A DNA stretch of 59,999 nucleotides, from positions 1-59,999 of IMG/VR virus record IMGVR_UViG_3300027631_000020; one strand, 5' to 3'. The notes below the pieces were generated by a model. That model saw only the letters and a program-made list of their open reading frames with translations, was not told the DNA's origin and did not search any database. Numbering within the stretch: position 1 is the stretch's first letter; each line of letters begins with the position of its first letter. Shown here in pieces: positions 31,401-41,467 of this stretch. Both the position numbers and the translations under genes were made by a program. This stretch comes from a virus. Lineage: Duplodnaviria > Caudoviricetes.

Positions 31401-34229
31401 ATAGGTTCAACCTTTAACTCTTTTTTAATTAGTGGAAATTCAATTTCACATGTAACATCTGATAACGTAGGTTTAAATCCACATTACCAAGCGGTTTACC
31501 ACCAAATTGTTAATGGTTATTCACATTACAACATCAATTCAGGTAATGTTGATTATACAACACAAACAAATTCAGGTAACATATCACACAAGGTACTTGA
31601 AGGTAATAACGGAAATAGATATTGGAGTGTGTTGGTTGATAACTCAAAGTACAAACCGACCGAACAATTTTATACACTATTACCGTCACACGGTTTGAAC
31701 CAATCTGACCTTGCAACTAAAAATTTAGAAACATTTGATTTTGCCGAACAATATACGTTTAGAAGTTGGTGGTTTGATGAAAGTGTAACAAATGAGTTTT
31801 CAGGTAAAACATTTGCATCACATTCTGAATACCCAAGAAATTATATATCGGGAAGTACGGTTGATAACACATTTTCAATAGACACGAACTATAGAAAGGT
31901 TATCGATTTAATTGCAACGTTCAGTCCAGAAATTTTAGATTCATTTGAAAGTATGTTTTTAGATTTCGCATCTGAAAAAACAAATGATGAAATACCATAT
32001 CAAGTTTTTGATAATCTAAAGTATGGTAAATTTCAAGACTTACTTAAAGAATTGGTTACTGTAAAAAAAGAAAGTTCAGACGGTACGTCAAACACTTTAT
32101 TTAATTTAGTTAAGGAAAGACAAGTTGCAAAAGCAACGGAGGTTACTAGTGGTTTATTAAGTAGTCAAAATATAATAAAATTCACATTAGCAAATCCAAA
32201 AGAAATTGACCCATACACTTTTTATGGTATGGCAAAAATTGAAAATTACAATCGTTATACGGTTCAACCATATAGTAATTCGGATTTAACCCCTACAAAT
32301 CAAAAATTCATTAAATTATATATTGGTGAGGACATGGAAGGGTACTACCAAGAATTTTTTGGTGTAAACGATGTGAAACTTACAGAAGAGAATATTATAA
32401 AATATCGACCATTGGCTCAGATTTATGCTGGTTATAGAAAATCGGGCGGTACAAATAGTAAGTCTGCATTTAGAGAATATCTTAGAGTTTCTATATTTCA
32501 AGTCACAGGTAATAAAATTTATGCCGATGGGTCTGACGTTAGATTAAAATACTTTTTAAGATTGGTATTAAGTGAAATCAGTAAAAAGGGTAACATAACA
32601 AGAAAAGATGAATCGATTGATATAAGAAAGTACCAAGGACACAATTTAAATGACACTAAGTTGGAGTTGTATAACACCTTCAAATCATTTAACGATAAAT
32701 GGACAGCAGGTAATTCAATTGGTCAAAGATTATTACTTGAGGAGTTCTTATTTTTAGATAAGGCAAATAGAGATATTGGAGACAAGTTCTTTTTAAATGT
32801 TGACAAAATTCTACCATTGTTACACCCAAATAATATGAAACAAAATTTATATGGGGCGATTTCTATGTTAATACAGGAAACTGGTTTAGATATGAGAGCA
32901 CTTCCCGCATATGTTAATTTCTATGGTAGTAACTTTAAAAATAAAACTAAAATTGTCCCATCTAAGAAAGTTGCAAAAAACCTATTCGGTACATTTTTAG
33001 AAGTTGATTATCAAGAGTCATCACCAAAAATTATTATTCAATTAGTTGGGGCATCATCAAAAAGAGCCGACATGTCTAATAGTAAGGCAAATAAATTTGC
33101 CGATGATAGTTTTTATGTTGGTAGTGTTAATAATAACCCATTGGTTATAACATCACTTGAAAATTTCTCAAAAACAGATTTGAGTAAATCAAATAAGGTG
33201 GTGGCATTCGAAGTTAGTTTTGGTGACCAAAATCAGGGTATTTTTAAAGGTGTTCAATTAGACCAAAGTACACTTAAAAACACTTCAGAATCGTTTGTTG
33301 TGTTGGAAAACTTAGGTAGGTCTGAATCAGGTGCGGGGGCATATAATGTTGACGTAAGTCTTTTCGATTATTACAAATCAGCATCGTATAGATGTGAAGT
33401 AACATGTATGGGTAACGTAATGATTCAACCAACAATGTATTTTTACCTTAAAAACATACCAATGTTTAAGGGTTCATATTGGATTACCGAGGTTAGTCAC
33501 TCGATTAAAAGTAATAACATATCCACAACATTTGTTGGAACTAGAATACCATATACATCGTTACCTGACCCTAAAGACTCATTTATATCGAGTTATAGAG
33601 TTTTATTCGATAAGTTATCAAGTAAAGCCCAATCAAAACTTAAACAGGCACCTGTCACGGGGGCAACAACTGAAACCTCAATAGTATATGATAATGCATC
33701 GTATTCAACGGACATGAAAGGTAAAAAGGGAACTAATGATGAAATTATAACCAAAACATCTCCATTAGTTGGGGTTACTGAATTCGGTATACCTTTCAAT
33801 GGATATAAAAACCATAAAGAGGTTCAGAAAATTGATAGTGACGGAACATGGTTAAGAGCAATTGCAGTTAAGATGGGTGGTGAAAAATGTCCAATTGACC
33901 CTGACACAACAATGGGAATTGCAGATGGTATTAAATGGTCTAAATTAAGTGGAACCACTTATAAGTTCTATACTACTACATTTTTAACAAACGTTGCTAA
34001 TTCTCAAAAAATTAGAACGGCAACCACTAATTTTAAAAATCCTAAAAACGGAAAAACTTTTACACTTAACCCAAGTTACCAATTAGCGGAGACATTAGGA
34101 ACAATAGTGGCAAATGGACCCGTTGGTAATGGACCAATTGCTGAGGGATATGGAATGGGTATGTCGCCATCTTTAATGTCTGAATTAGGATTATTTGACG
34201 GAGATGTTGTGTATTTTAAACTAACATAA
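28443..34229 (+). CDS. Giant baseplate hub protein (gp27/late control D-like, 1928 aa)
   Basis: N-terminal FGI.SINI......P.V.I.F.DVRG and C-terminal V.CMGN..IQP..YF.L...PMF.GSYWITEVSHSI......T.F.G.R hub signature. Confidence 0.6.
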   Translation: MASNNDLTNSENILVKVDQNNLMYIDPNSVVDNDGNIQPRGVKQENLVMYANLEADIIPRTTLVAKEQGSTLVSIAKGELNFLKNQTGDGNFDTSWTDSFVGKDNFTDKDGKPLPKTAKNYSGADSVNYDPSGQSFGIDSINITVKGANYTPQVTINFIDVRGKTLFESSENSPYRAFFHLPWPIFYLTVKGYYGKAIRYRLHMTKFSSKFNESNGNFEVTTTFVGSTYAFMNDIPLSTMINSPYMFLTENVENKKFNEKDGRYEKTISRSSRGYQILRSVYEQYEQKGLVAKGTFIKNDGKPVKTLKDLGYIAESLDKILERKIFNEVVDMSVFQGIKELETTLNTFESAISAWSKQNLAVKEFEVRLIGTDEYNWYYIGTKEKKSLDKITGESEGTLERLLKVYSEELNKSVLFENKLMNRTKSDFKKISLSTIKNIKSYYDVLTDGFVLVGVDLLLKDIFEIRKSFEEQRKKLEDEVEQKMNEIIKDPTLGFGFEPTIRNIFAVVLAGADVYIRLMKDTHNKAFDASKSRIKLLEGLSDEQKGKGVAIYPWPEVKKPMSSGKQNVIAYPGEAELVNKLKSNNKTLWPEVDFVEEYIKIVTNKLDTGVKTEPTISDINYIFESDSESNNLDDISGIDVINDGLPYTDKVFSSFIYEVYERAKYITLFDSYTNSMLDILAKEEVENIKESIGEDIELVDLCQKLTSIDSFITVSPDGTKFDGYLPSSSPHDRFTYLRDHLPTVPYIKDILEYPFKFEKYGSVNRQRKDFKSKEMNDELVKYVSEPYRTKIYPFNSDTYLDYLNKTEFTDDNFKFNGILQVNPSQGFVCSPFNVTSWVKPGYDENMFTQKLKNGNTSVNILNTPYFHKQLKSDFGKTTKHGKYTGASYLLLNSLPFLDLEDTITFTDPLAGMMGQTNNSKSILMSSLFREVSSTHFVPYHLMLKWGAMYHRYRKQIIDGVDILDGFLNSSNITQPITGSAFFDGGLIGSTFNSFLISGNSISHVTSDNVGLNPHYQAVYHQIVNGYSHYNINSGNVDYTTQTNSGNISHKVLEGNNGNRYWSVLVDNSKYKPTEQFYTLLPSHGLNQSDLATKNLETFDFAEQYTFRSWWFDESVTNEFSGKTFASHSEYPRNYISGSTVDNTFSIDTNYRKVIDLIATFSPEILDSFESMFLDFASEKTNDEIPYQVFDNLKYGKFQDLLKELVTVKKESSDGTSNTLFNLVKERQVAKATEVTSGLLSSQNIIKFTLANPKEIDPYTFYGMAKIENYNRYTVQPYSNSDLTPTNQKFIKLYIGEDMEGYYQEFFGVNDVKLTEENIIKYRPLAQIYAGYRKSGGTNSKSAFREYLRVSIFQVTGNKIYADGSDVRLKYFLRLVLSEISKKGNITRKDESIDIRKYQGHNLNDTKLELYNTFKSFNDKWTAGNSIGQRLLLEEFLFLDKANRDIGDKFFLNVDKILPLLHPNNMKQNLYGAISMLIQETGLDMRALPAYVNFYGSNFKNKTKIVPSKKVAKNLFGTFLEVDYQESSPKIIIQLVGASSKRADMSNSKANKFADDSFYVGSVNNNPLVITSLENFSKTDLSKSNKVVAFEVSFGDQNQGIFKGVQLDQSTLKNTSESFVVLENLGRSESGAGAYNVDVSLFDYYKSASYRCEVTCMGNVMIQPTMYFYLKNIPMFKGSYWITEVSHSIKSNNISTTFVGTRIPYTSLPDPKDSFISSYRVLFDKLSSKAQSKLKQAPVTGATTETSIVYDNASYSTDMKGKKGTNDEIITKTSPLVGVTEFGIPFNGYKNHKEVQKIDSDGTWLRAIAVKMGGEKCPIDPDTTMGIADGIKWSKLSGTTYKFYTTTFLTNVANSQKIRTATTNFKNPKNGKTFTLNPSYQLAETLGTIVANGPVGNGPIAEGYGMGMSPSLMSELGLFDGDVVYFKLT

Positions 34230-34293
34230 CTTTTATTGACCATTACGGTAACGAGTTTTCCTATTTCTATGATATTTATATAGAAAAAATACT

Positions 34294-34497
34294 ATGAATA
34301 AGGATAAATTAAATAATGCTCTGAACAACTACATCTCCCCTAAAAAGGTTAGTAGTGTTTCTCAAGACGGTATGGAAAGAGAAGAGTGTGACCTAAGAAC
34401 TGGTGAATGTTATGTTATCAGGTCTAAAGACGGTATTGTTGAAAGAATAAATAAAAAATTCATTACCGAAGACGGTAGACAACTTTTACAAGATTAA
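34294..34497 (+). CDS. Hypothetical late protein (67 aa)
   Basis: ORF after TATTTATA at 34273-34280; CDLRTGEC motif. Confidence 0.6.
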   Translation: MNKDKLNNALNNYISPKKVSSVSQDGMEREECDLRTGECYVIRSKDGIVERINKKFITEDGRQLLQD

Positions 34498-34501
34498 TAT
34501 C

Positions 34502-35149
34502 ATGAATAAATTAGAAAATCAATTACTGGAAGAAGTAGCAAGATTCAATGCTATTAATAAGTACACAAAAAAATTAATGAGTGAACAGGATGTTCCTGCT
34601 GAGGAACCGACTGGTTTTGAGGCACCGGTTGAAAGTGGTGAATTACCACCCGCACCTGAAGACACTACAACACCCGAAGCTGCACCAACAGATGCACCGG
34701 CTGAAACACCTATGGAAGGTGGAGATACAGAAGAAATCGATATTACAGATTTAGTTAATATGACTAAATCAATCAAACAAGACTTAGACGCAACTAAGGG
34801 CGAGAATGAAGGTGTCATCAGTAAAATGGATGATGTTTTTAGTAAGTTGACTGATTTAGAACAAAAACTATCTCAAATGGATGCGGTTATGAGTAAAATT
34901 GACGAACTTGGAAACAAGGTTGAGATGATGAAAGAAAAAACTCCTGAGGAAAGACTTGAACTACGTTCATTGGATTCTTATCCGTTTAACCAAAATCCAC
35001 AACAATTCTTTGCTCAAAAACAAGGAGAAATGAGACAAAGCGGTAAAAATGAATATGTTTTAACTAAACAAGATGTTGATACATACTCAAATGAAACCAT
35101 GAGAAATACATTTAATCCAGAAGAAGAAAATGACGAGTATAAATTCTAA
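34502..35149 (+). CDS. Acidic coiled-coil protein, possibly head-associated
   Basis: Pro/Glu-rich linker plus a heptad segment; N-terminal LLEE/LMSE motifs. Confidence 0.5.
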   Translation: MNKLENQLLEEVARFNAINKYTKKLMSEQDVPAEEPTGFEAPVESGELPPAPEDTTTPEAAPTDAPAETPMEGGDTEEIDITDLVNMTKSIKQDLDATKGENEGVISKMDDVFSKLTDLEQKLSQMDAVMSKIDELGNKVEMMKEKTPEERLELRSLDSYPFNQNPQQFFAQKQGEMRQSGKNEYVLTKQDVDTYSNETMRNTFNPEEENDEYKF

Positions 35150-35504
35150 CATAAACCTTTTTTTAGGTTTACAAGCTCAATTAAGAATATTCCATTGGCA
35201 GACAAAGGGTTATGCAAGACACAACGCATTTGGTGTTACATATGATACATTAGAAGATTTAATTGATACCTTTGTTGAAGAGGCAATGGGAAAATACGGT
35301 AGATTTGTTTTAGATGATGAAACCAATGTAATTCAATTAACGAATTTAAAAGAACTTAAACCTGAAGCGATGTTAGATACAGTAATCTTGGCATTAAATC
35401 AATTTTCAGAACAATTTGAAGAAACCGACACTAATCTCTTAAATGTGAGAGATGAGATGTTAGGGGCCATCAATAAATTAAAATATTTACTAACATTAGA
35501 ATAA
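35130..35504 (+). CDS. Dps/ferritin-like four-helix protein
   Basis: HWQT.GYARH.AF...YD.L..LID.FVE resembles Dps ferroxidase ligands; RDEM....NK..YLL. Confidence 0.75.
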   Translation: MTSINSNINLFLGLQAQLRIFHWQTKGYARHNAFGVTYDTLEDLIDTFVEEAMGKYGRFVLDDETNVIQLTNLKELKPEAMLDTVILALNQFSEQFEETDTNLLNVRDEMLGAINKLKYLLTLE

Positions 35505-35541
35505 CCCAAATGGGTAAAAACAACTTTTTTGAAAATAATTT

Positions 35542-35581
35542 AAGTCGGATTTGGTAATTCGACTTTTTTTATCTATATTTC
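35542..35581 (+). terminator. Terminator hairpin overlapping a Bacteroidota-type promoter for the SSB gene
   Basis: AAGTCGGATT-TGGT-AATTCGACTT-TTTTT; TTTG (35550-35553)-N20-TATATTTC (35574-35581). Confidence 0.65.
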
Positions 35582-35608
35582 ATTATAAACAATTTAAAAT
35601 AAAAATTT

Positions 35609-36457
35609 ATGTCAACATTCGATTCAGTACTGGCTCAGTACAGCAAGAACGCCGCGAGCGGCAACCAAAACAGAGTGTCTCAAGAAGACCGATTAAAAAG
35701 ATACTTTACTACCCTGTTACCGAAAGGTGCTAGAAGTGGTGAAAAAAGAATCCGTATCATCCCAACAAAAGACGGAAGTTCTCCATTCGTGGAAAAATAC
35801 TTCCATGAAGTTCAAGTGGATGGAAATTGGGTGAAATTGTATGACCCAAAACAAGAAGGTCAACGTTCCCCGTTAAATGAAGTTTATGATGCCTTGATGA
35901 TGACAGGTTTAGAATCTGACAAGGTTCTTGCTCGTCAATACAGAGCACGTAAATTTTACATCGTTAAAGTGATTGATAGAGAAAACGAACAGGATGGAGT
36001 TAAATTCTGGCGTTTTAAACACAATAGTAAACAAGAAGGAATTCTTGACAAAATCTTCCCTTTATTTAAAAACAAAGGTGATATTACCGACCCTAACACG
36101 GGACGTGATTTGATTATCACTCTTGGATTAAGTAAAGCCGGTAATGGTAGAGAATACACAACAATTAGTTCAATTATGTATGAGGACGCATCTCCACTAC
36201 ATAGTGATGAAACAACTTCACAAAGTTGGATTAGTGATGAGTTAACTTGGAATGATGTCTATTCTAAGAAACCTGAAGAATATTTGGAAATGATTGCCCG
36301 AGGCGAAGTTCCAAAATGGGATTCAGAAGGAAAAAAATGGATATCTAATTTACAAGAGGAAACTCAATTTATGTCACCATCAGTTGCAGCAACAGTTGCA
36401 GAACCAATCTACGATGCACAAGTAGATTCTGAATCAGACGACGATTTACCGTTCTAA
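35609..36457 (+). CDS. Single-stranded DNA-binding protein (T4 gp32-like)
   Basis: IRIIP...SPF....FH, Y..KVIDR, DITDP..GRDL, acidic C-terminus DDDLPF. Confidence 0.85.
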   Translation: MSTFDSVLAQYSKNAASGNQNRVSQEDRLKRYFTTLLPKGARSGEKRIRIIPTKDGSSPFVEKYFHEVQVDGNWVKLYDPKQEGQRSPLNEVYDALMMTGLESDKVLARQYRARKFYIVKVIDRENEQDGVKFWRFKHNSKQEGILDKIFPLFKNKGDITDPNTGRDLIITLGLSKAGNGREYTTISSIMYEDASPLHSDETTSQSWISDELTWNDVYSKKPEEYLEMIARGEVPKWDSEGKKWISNLQEETQFMSPSVAATVAEPIYDAQVDSESDDDLPF

Positions 36458-36470
36458 TTTACCCCCACAT

Positions 36471-36514
36471 GGACATTCTCAGGGACAAACTGTCCCCGAG
36501 GGTGTCCTTTTTTT
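36471..36514 (+). terminator. Long hairpin terminator between SSB and RecA
   Basis: GGACATTCTC-A-GGGACA-AAC-TGTCCC-C-GAGGGTGTCC followed by T7. Confidence 0.85.
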
Positions 36515-36537
36515 AAAAAAAAACTTATATTAATAAC

Positions 36538-37560
36538 ATGGCAATAAAGAAACAAGATTTTTCGAGTGTTATCTCGAAGTATTCCAGCAAAATGACCTAC
36601 AAACCTGATAGGTTCTTAGACCTTGGTGACGCATTCTTAGACGCAACCGGTATTCCCGGACCTGCACTCGGACACATCAACATGTTCTTAGGACACTCAG
36701 ATACAGGTAAAACTACCGCATTATTAGCTGCGGCTGCTGATGCAATTAAAAAGGATATATTACCTGTCTTTATTATCACTGAACAAAAATTTGCGTTTGA
36801 ACATGCCGACATTATGGGAATTCCCGTAACTGAAGACGTTGACCAATCAACAGGTGAAATTACATACTCAGGTCAATTCATTTTTAGAAATGATTTTGAA
36901 TATATCGAACAAATTACAGATTTCATCAATGAATTATTGGATGCACAAGAAAAAGGTACAATCCCTTATGATTTGTTATTCCTTTGGGATTCTGTTGGTT
37001 CTGTTCCATGTAAAATGACTTTCGAAGGTAAAGGTGGTAAACAACATAATGCAGCAACCTTGGCCGATAAAATCGGTATGGGTATCAACCAACGTATTTC
37101 AGGTTCAAGAAGAGCAGATAAAAAACATACAAACACACTTATCGTTGTTAATCAACCATGGGTTGAATTACCTGATAATCCTTTTGGACAACCAAAAATT
37201 AAGGCTAAAGGTGGAGAATCACTATGGTTAAATTCAACATTAGTGTTTTTATTTGGAAATCAAAAAAATGCTGGTACTACTAAAATCGATATTACGAGAA
37301 AAGGTAGAAAGGCAAACATTGGTAGTAGAAGTAAAATTTCAGTGATGAAAAATCACGTAAATGGTATTTCATTCGCTGATGGTAAAATCATGGTAACCTC
37401 ACATGGTTTCATGAAAATGAGAGACACCGTAGAAGAAAAGAAATCGAGAGAAGATTACTTAAAGACAAATCTTGAGTATATTGGGTCGAGACTATTTGGT
37501 GAAAAAATCACAGATACATCTGGTATCGAATTCGAAGTCGGAGAAGAAGACGAGAATTAA
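36538..37560 (+). CDS. uvsX: RecA/UvsX-like recombinase
   Basis: Walker A GHSDTGKT, Walker B FLWDSVG, VVNQ, KGG.., KNH. Confidence 0.9.
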   Translation: MAIKKQDFSSVISKYSSKMTYKPDRFLDLGDAFLDATGIPGPALGHINMFLGHSDTGKTTALLAAAADAIKKDILPVFIITEQKFAFEHADIMGIPVTEDVDQSTGEITYSGQFIFRNDFEYIEQITDFINELLDAQEKGTIPYDLLFLWDSVGSVPCKMTFEGKGGKQHNAATLADKIGMGINQRISGSRRADKKHTNTLIVVNQPWVELPDNPFGQPKIKAKGGESLWLNSTLVFLFGNQKNAGTTKIDITRKGRKANIGSRSKISVMKNHVNGISFADGKIMVTSHGFMKMRDTVEEKKSREDYLKTNLEYIGSRLFGEKITDTSGIEFEVGEEDEN

Positions 37561-37599
37561 TTTTATTTTATTGTTTAACTATTAAACTACAAAGACTAA

Positions 37600-38622
37600 A
37601 TGTCTAATGTTTTATTGGTCGATGGGGACAATTTGTTGACCATTGGTTTTTTCGGACTTAAAAATCATTTCTATAAAGGGAACCACATAGGTGCATTGTA
37701 CCATTTTGTGAACACTTTACGTAGAACCATCGAGATACATCATTTAGATAAAATAGTTGTCTTTTGGGATGGTAAAGAAGGTTCGTCATCTCGAAAGAGA
37801 TACTACCCTCAATACAAGGAAAATAGAAAAAGTAGAATAAGAACTGAAGAGGAATTAACAGCGTATAGTCAACAAAGAAATCGAGTAAAACAATACTTGG
37901 AAGAATTGTTTGTCCGTCAAGATGAATACGAATACTGTGAAACCGATGATGCAATTGCGTACTACTCTCAAAACTCACCAAAAGAAAATATCATTATATT
38001 TTCATCGGACGGAGATTTAACTCAGTTAGTTTCAGAAAACACACGTTTATTCAATCCTTCACATAGTAAAATGTATCAACCAAAAGATATGTTTGTTTAT
38101 GACCACGAAGAGATAAGAATAGAAAACATCAAATTAGTAAAGATGTTATGTGGGGACCCATCTGACAATATCGCGGGAATTAAAAACTTAGGTGTTAGAA
38201 GATTATTAGGGGCGGTTCCCGAATTAAAAACAGAAGAACTTACATTAGAATTCATTAGGAGTCGTTTTGACGACTTATTCGAAGAAGATAGAGATAATCG
38301 TATAGTTACCAACTTACTTACGGGAGTGACGAAGTATGGGGTACTGGGAGAGGAGTTCTTCGATGTTAATAGTCGAATTGTAAGTTTGGATGACCCTTTC
38401 CTAACTGATGAGGCCAAAGAATCTATTGAATCACTTATTAATGATAAAATGGACCCCGAAGGTCGTTCGTATAAAAACACAATGAAAATGATGATGGAGG
38501 ATGGTATTTTCCTCCTTTTACCTAAATCAGACGATGCGTGGATTAATTTCTTGAATCCATTTCTTCGATTAACAAGAAAAGAAAAAAATAAAAAAATAAT
38601 AAAAATAAGAAACAATGACTAA
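37600..38622 (+). CDS. 5'-3' exonuclease/flap endonuclease (T4 RNase H / PolA N-terminal family)
   Basis: LLVDGDN, WDG, YKENR, ETDDAIA, SSDGDLTQL, GDPSDNIAGI. Confidence 0.95.
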   Translation: MSNVLLVDGDNLLTIGFFGLKNHFYKGNHIGALYHFVNTLRRTIEIHHLDKIVVFWDGKEGSSSRKRYYPQYKENRKSRIRTEEELTAYSQQRNRVKQYLEELFVRQDEYEYCETDDAIAYYSQNSPKENIIIFSSDGDLTQLVSENTRLFNPSHSKMYQPKDMFVYDHEEIRIENIKLVKMLCGDPSDNIAGIKNLGVRRLLGAVPELKTEELTLEFIRSRFDDLFEEDRDNRIVTNLLTGVTKYGVLGEEFFDVNSRIVSLDDPFLTDEAKESIESLINDKMDPEGRSYKNTMKMMMEDGIFLLLPKSDDAWINFLNPFLRLTRKEKNKKIIKIRNND

Positions 38623-39058
38623 TCAAGATGTAACTAAATTTGAGTTCCTTTTAACCCTTGAAGGGAACATTATTTGCCAACGTTTTTTTAACGTGAGAGA
38701 GCATAACCCACAATCAAGACGTTCGATGGATTTACACGACTACGTAAAAGAAATTTCAGATGAAATTTTTGATGATTTAAAAATAAAAACTTCCGAGTAT
38801 CTATATGAGAATCGAGAATATTTTTACGGTTTGAGTAATGTAGACACCAGTGAAAACGATGGAAAAGAACATTTTCTACTTGAAATTAAGATGGGTGACG
38901 ATGTATTTATTTCTAGAGTGTTTCCCGCATATTATTTTCACCCAAAAGTGAGATATACGGTAGACATTCGTCCACATTTAAAAAGATACCTATCATATCT
39001 AACCGATATTTTATGTTCTGATGAATTGGAAACAACATATTTAAATTACCAACTGTAA
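38615..39058 (+). CDS. Hypothetical protein (147 aa) in the replication operon
   Basis: ORF overlapping the exonuclease stop, directly upstream of the helicase. Confidence 0.65.
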   Translation: MTNQDVTKFEFLLTLEGNIICQRFFNVREHNPQSRRSMDLHDYVKEISDEIFDDLKIKTSEYLYENREYFYGLSNVDTSENDGKEHFLLEIKMGDDVFISRVFPAYYFHPKVRYTVDIRPHLKRYLSYLTDILCSDELETTYLNYQL

Positions 39059-39081
39059 AAATAAAAACATAACTTTGTAAC

Positions 39082-40455
39082 ATGGCAGAAAAGAACTTTG
39101 GACTTCTCGGAACATCATTCCAACAAGCATTAATAAAAGCGATAATTGAGGATAAGAAATACGGGGAAACAATTATCGATGTAATCGAGAGCAAGTACTT
39201 TGATAATAACTCGTTTAGATTTATAACTCAACATATTAAGGAACTTTACAAAAAATACGGTAAGATTCCCAACTATGATGGGTTATGTCAAAAGATTATA
39301 CTTGAATTAGGGTCGCAAGAAAGTTCAAGAATACACTTGGACACTATTGAGGCCATAAAAGATAAAGAAGATACCGAACAAATGGTTAAGGATGAGGCTT
39401 TGAATTTTTGTAAACAACAAAACCTTAGAAAAGAACTAAAAAAAGTGACAACCATTATTGATAATGGGGCATTTCACGAGTATCAAACAATTGAGGATAT
39501 TATTCAAAAGGCTCTACAAGTGGGTATTCCACCTGAAGAATGTATGGATGTGTTCCACGATATCGACGCGGTATTGGAAAAAGACAATAGACAGGCAATT
39601 CCTACGGGGATTAATGGTTTGGACAATATGTTAAAGGGAGGTATAGGAAGAGGTGAATTAGGTATTGTATTAGCACCGACAGGTACTGGTAAAACTACTT
39701 TATTAACTAAATTCTCTAACACCGCATATAATTGTGACTTTAACGTACTTCAAATCTTTTTTGAAGATAATCCTTCAAACATTAAAAGAAAACACTTCAC
39801 AATATGGACAGGTATTGAACCTGATGAGCAACCTCAAAGAAAAGAGGAAGTTAAGAGTATTGTGGAAGAAATTCAGGGTAGATGTAAAGGTTCACTTAGT
39901 ATTATCAAACTACCAAGTGATTCAGTAACAATCTCTGAAATCAAATCAAGAATTAGAAAACAAATTTCAGACGGAAAACCAATTGACATGCTAGTTATTG
40001 ACTATGTCGATTGTATCAGTCCTGAAAGGTCTAATTTTGGTGAGGAATGGAAAGGTGAAGGTTCCGTTATGAGAAGTCTTGAGGCAATGACAACTGAGTT
40101 TAATATTGCGATATGGACTGCAACTCAAGGTAATAGAGGTTCAATTTCATCTGAAGTTGTAACTACAGACCAAATGGGTGGTTCCATTAAGAAGGCACAA
40201 ATTGGTCATATAGTTTTATCTGTTGGTAAGACATTAGAACAAAAAGAACACAATTTGGCGACTATGACCTTACTTAAATCACGTGTTGGTCAAGATGGTG
40301 TGATTTGGAATAACTGTAAGTTTGATAATAGATTTATTATCATAGATACAGAAACTCAAACAACCTTACTTGGACACCAAGAACAAACGGTAAAATCAAA
40401 TGTCAACCGAGCAGCAGAAATGTTCAAACACAGACAAGAAACATTAAATCGTTAA
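39082..40455 (+). CDS. dnaB: DnaB-like replicative helicase (T4 gp41-like)
   Basis: IPTG...LD....GG...GEL, APTGTGKT, VIDYVD, WTATQGNR, KSR.G. Confidence 0.95.
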   Translation: MAEKNFGLLGTSFQQALIKAIIEDKKYGETIIDVIESKYFDNNSFRFITQHIKELYKKYGKIPNYDGLCQKIILELGSQESSRIHLDTIEAIKDKEDTEQMVKDEALNFCKQQNLRKELKKVTTIIDNGAFHEYQTIEDIIQKALQVGIPPEECMDVFHDIDAVLEKDNRQAIPTGINGLDNMLKGGIGRGELGIVLAPTGTGKTTLLTKFSNTAYNCDFNVLQIFFEDNPSNIKRKHFTIWTGIEPDEQPQRKEEVKSIVEEIQGRCKGSLSIIKLPSDSVTISEIKSRIRKQISDGKPIDMLVIDYVDCISPERSNFGEEWKGEGSVMRSLEAMTTEFNIAIWTATQGNRGSISSEVVTTDQMGGSIKKAQIGHIVLSVGKTLEQKEHNLATMTLLKSRVGQDGVIWNNCKFDNRFIIIDTETQTTLLGHQEQTVKSNVNRAAEMFKHRQETLNR

Positions 40456-40474
40456 TTAGCAAAAATTTTATACT

Positions 40475-41452
40475 ATGATTGAAAAAATTCTTAAAGAGAA
40501 TACAGGCCGTTTTGTCGTTTTTCCTATCGAACATCACGATATTTGGAAACAATATAAACAACAAGAAACATGTTTTTGGACGGCAGAAGAAATTGACTTA
40601 GCCCAAGACATTAATGATTGGGATAACAAACTAAATTCAGATGAACAACATTTTGTTAAGAATGTTTTGGCGTTCTTTGCTGCATCCGATGGTATCGTAA
40701 ATGAAAACCTAGGGATTAATTTTATGAATGAGGTACAGTATACCGAAGCAAAAATGTTCTATGGATTTCAAATTATGATGGAGAACATCCACAGTGAAAC
40801 ATATTCATTGTTGATTGACACTTACATTAAAGATAAGGAAGAACAAAATAGACTATTCAATGCAATTGATACGGTACCGGCAATTAAGAAAAAGGCGGAT
40901 TGGGCAATCAAATGGATTAACTCTGATTCTTTTGTTGAGAGATTAATTGCGTTTGCTGCGGTTGAAGGTATCTTCTTTAGTGGTTCGTTCTGTTCTATAT
41001 TTTGGTTAAAGAAACGTGGTTTAATGCCGGGTTTAACTTTTTCAAATGAACTTATTTCTCGTGATGAGGGAATGCATTGTGACTTCGCTTGTCATTTATA
41101 TAACCACCACATTGAAAAGAAATTATCAGATAAAAAAATCAAAGAGATAATCTGCGGAGCGTTAGAAATTGAAAAAGAATTTATTTTAGAGGCGTTACCT
41201 GTACGATTAATTGGTATGAATTCTGATTTAATGAAACAATACCTTGAGTTTGTGGCTGATAGATTATTAATGTCATTAGGTGTTAATAAAGTATACAACT
41301 CAACAAACCCATTTGATTTTATGGAGAACATCGCCATCCAAGGTAAAACCAATTTCTTTGAAAAAAGAGTTGCAGAATACCAAAAGGCAGGGGTAAATAA
41401 CAATTCGTCTATAGAAGACCTAAATACGAATTTTGACGATATAGATTTCTAA
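40475..41452 (+). CDS. nrdB: Ribonucleotide reductase class Ia beta subunit
   Basis: [56 protein letters not shown]. Confidence 0.98.
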   Translation: MIEKILKENTGRFVVFPIEHHDIWKQYKQQETCFWTAEEIDLAQDINDWDNKLNSDEQHFVKNVLAFFAASDGIVNENLGINFMNEVQYTEAKMFYGFQIMMENIHSETYSLLIDTYIKDKEEQNRLFNAIDTVPAIKKKADWAIKWINSDSFVERLIAFAAVEGIFFSGSFCSIFWLKKRGLMPGLTFSNELISRDEGMHCDFACHLYNHHIEKKLSDKKIKEIICGALEIEKEFILEALPVRLIGMNSDLMKQYLEFVADRLLMSLGVNKVYNSTNPFDFMENIAIQGKTNFFEKRVAEYQKAGVNNNSSIEDLNTNFDDIDF

Positions 41453-41467
41453 ATAACAAAATAAACG

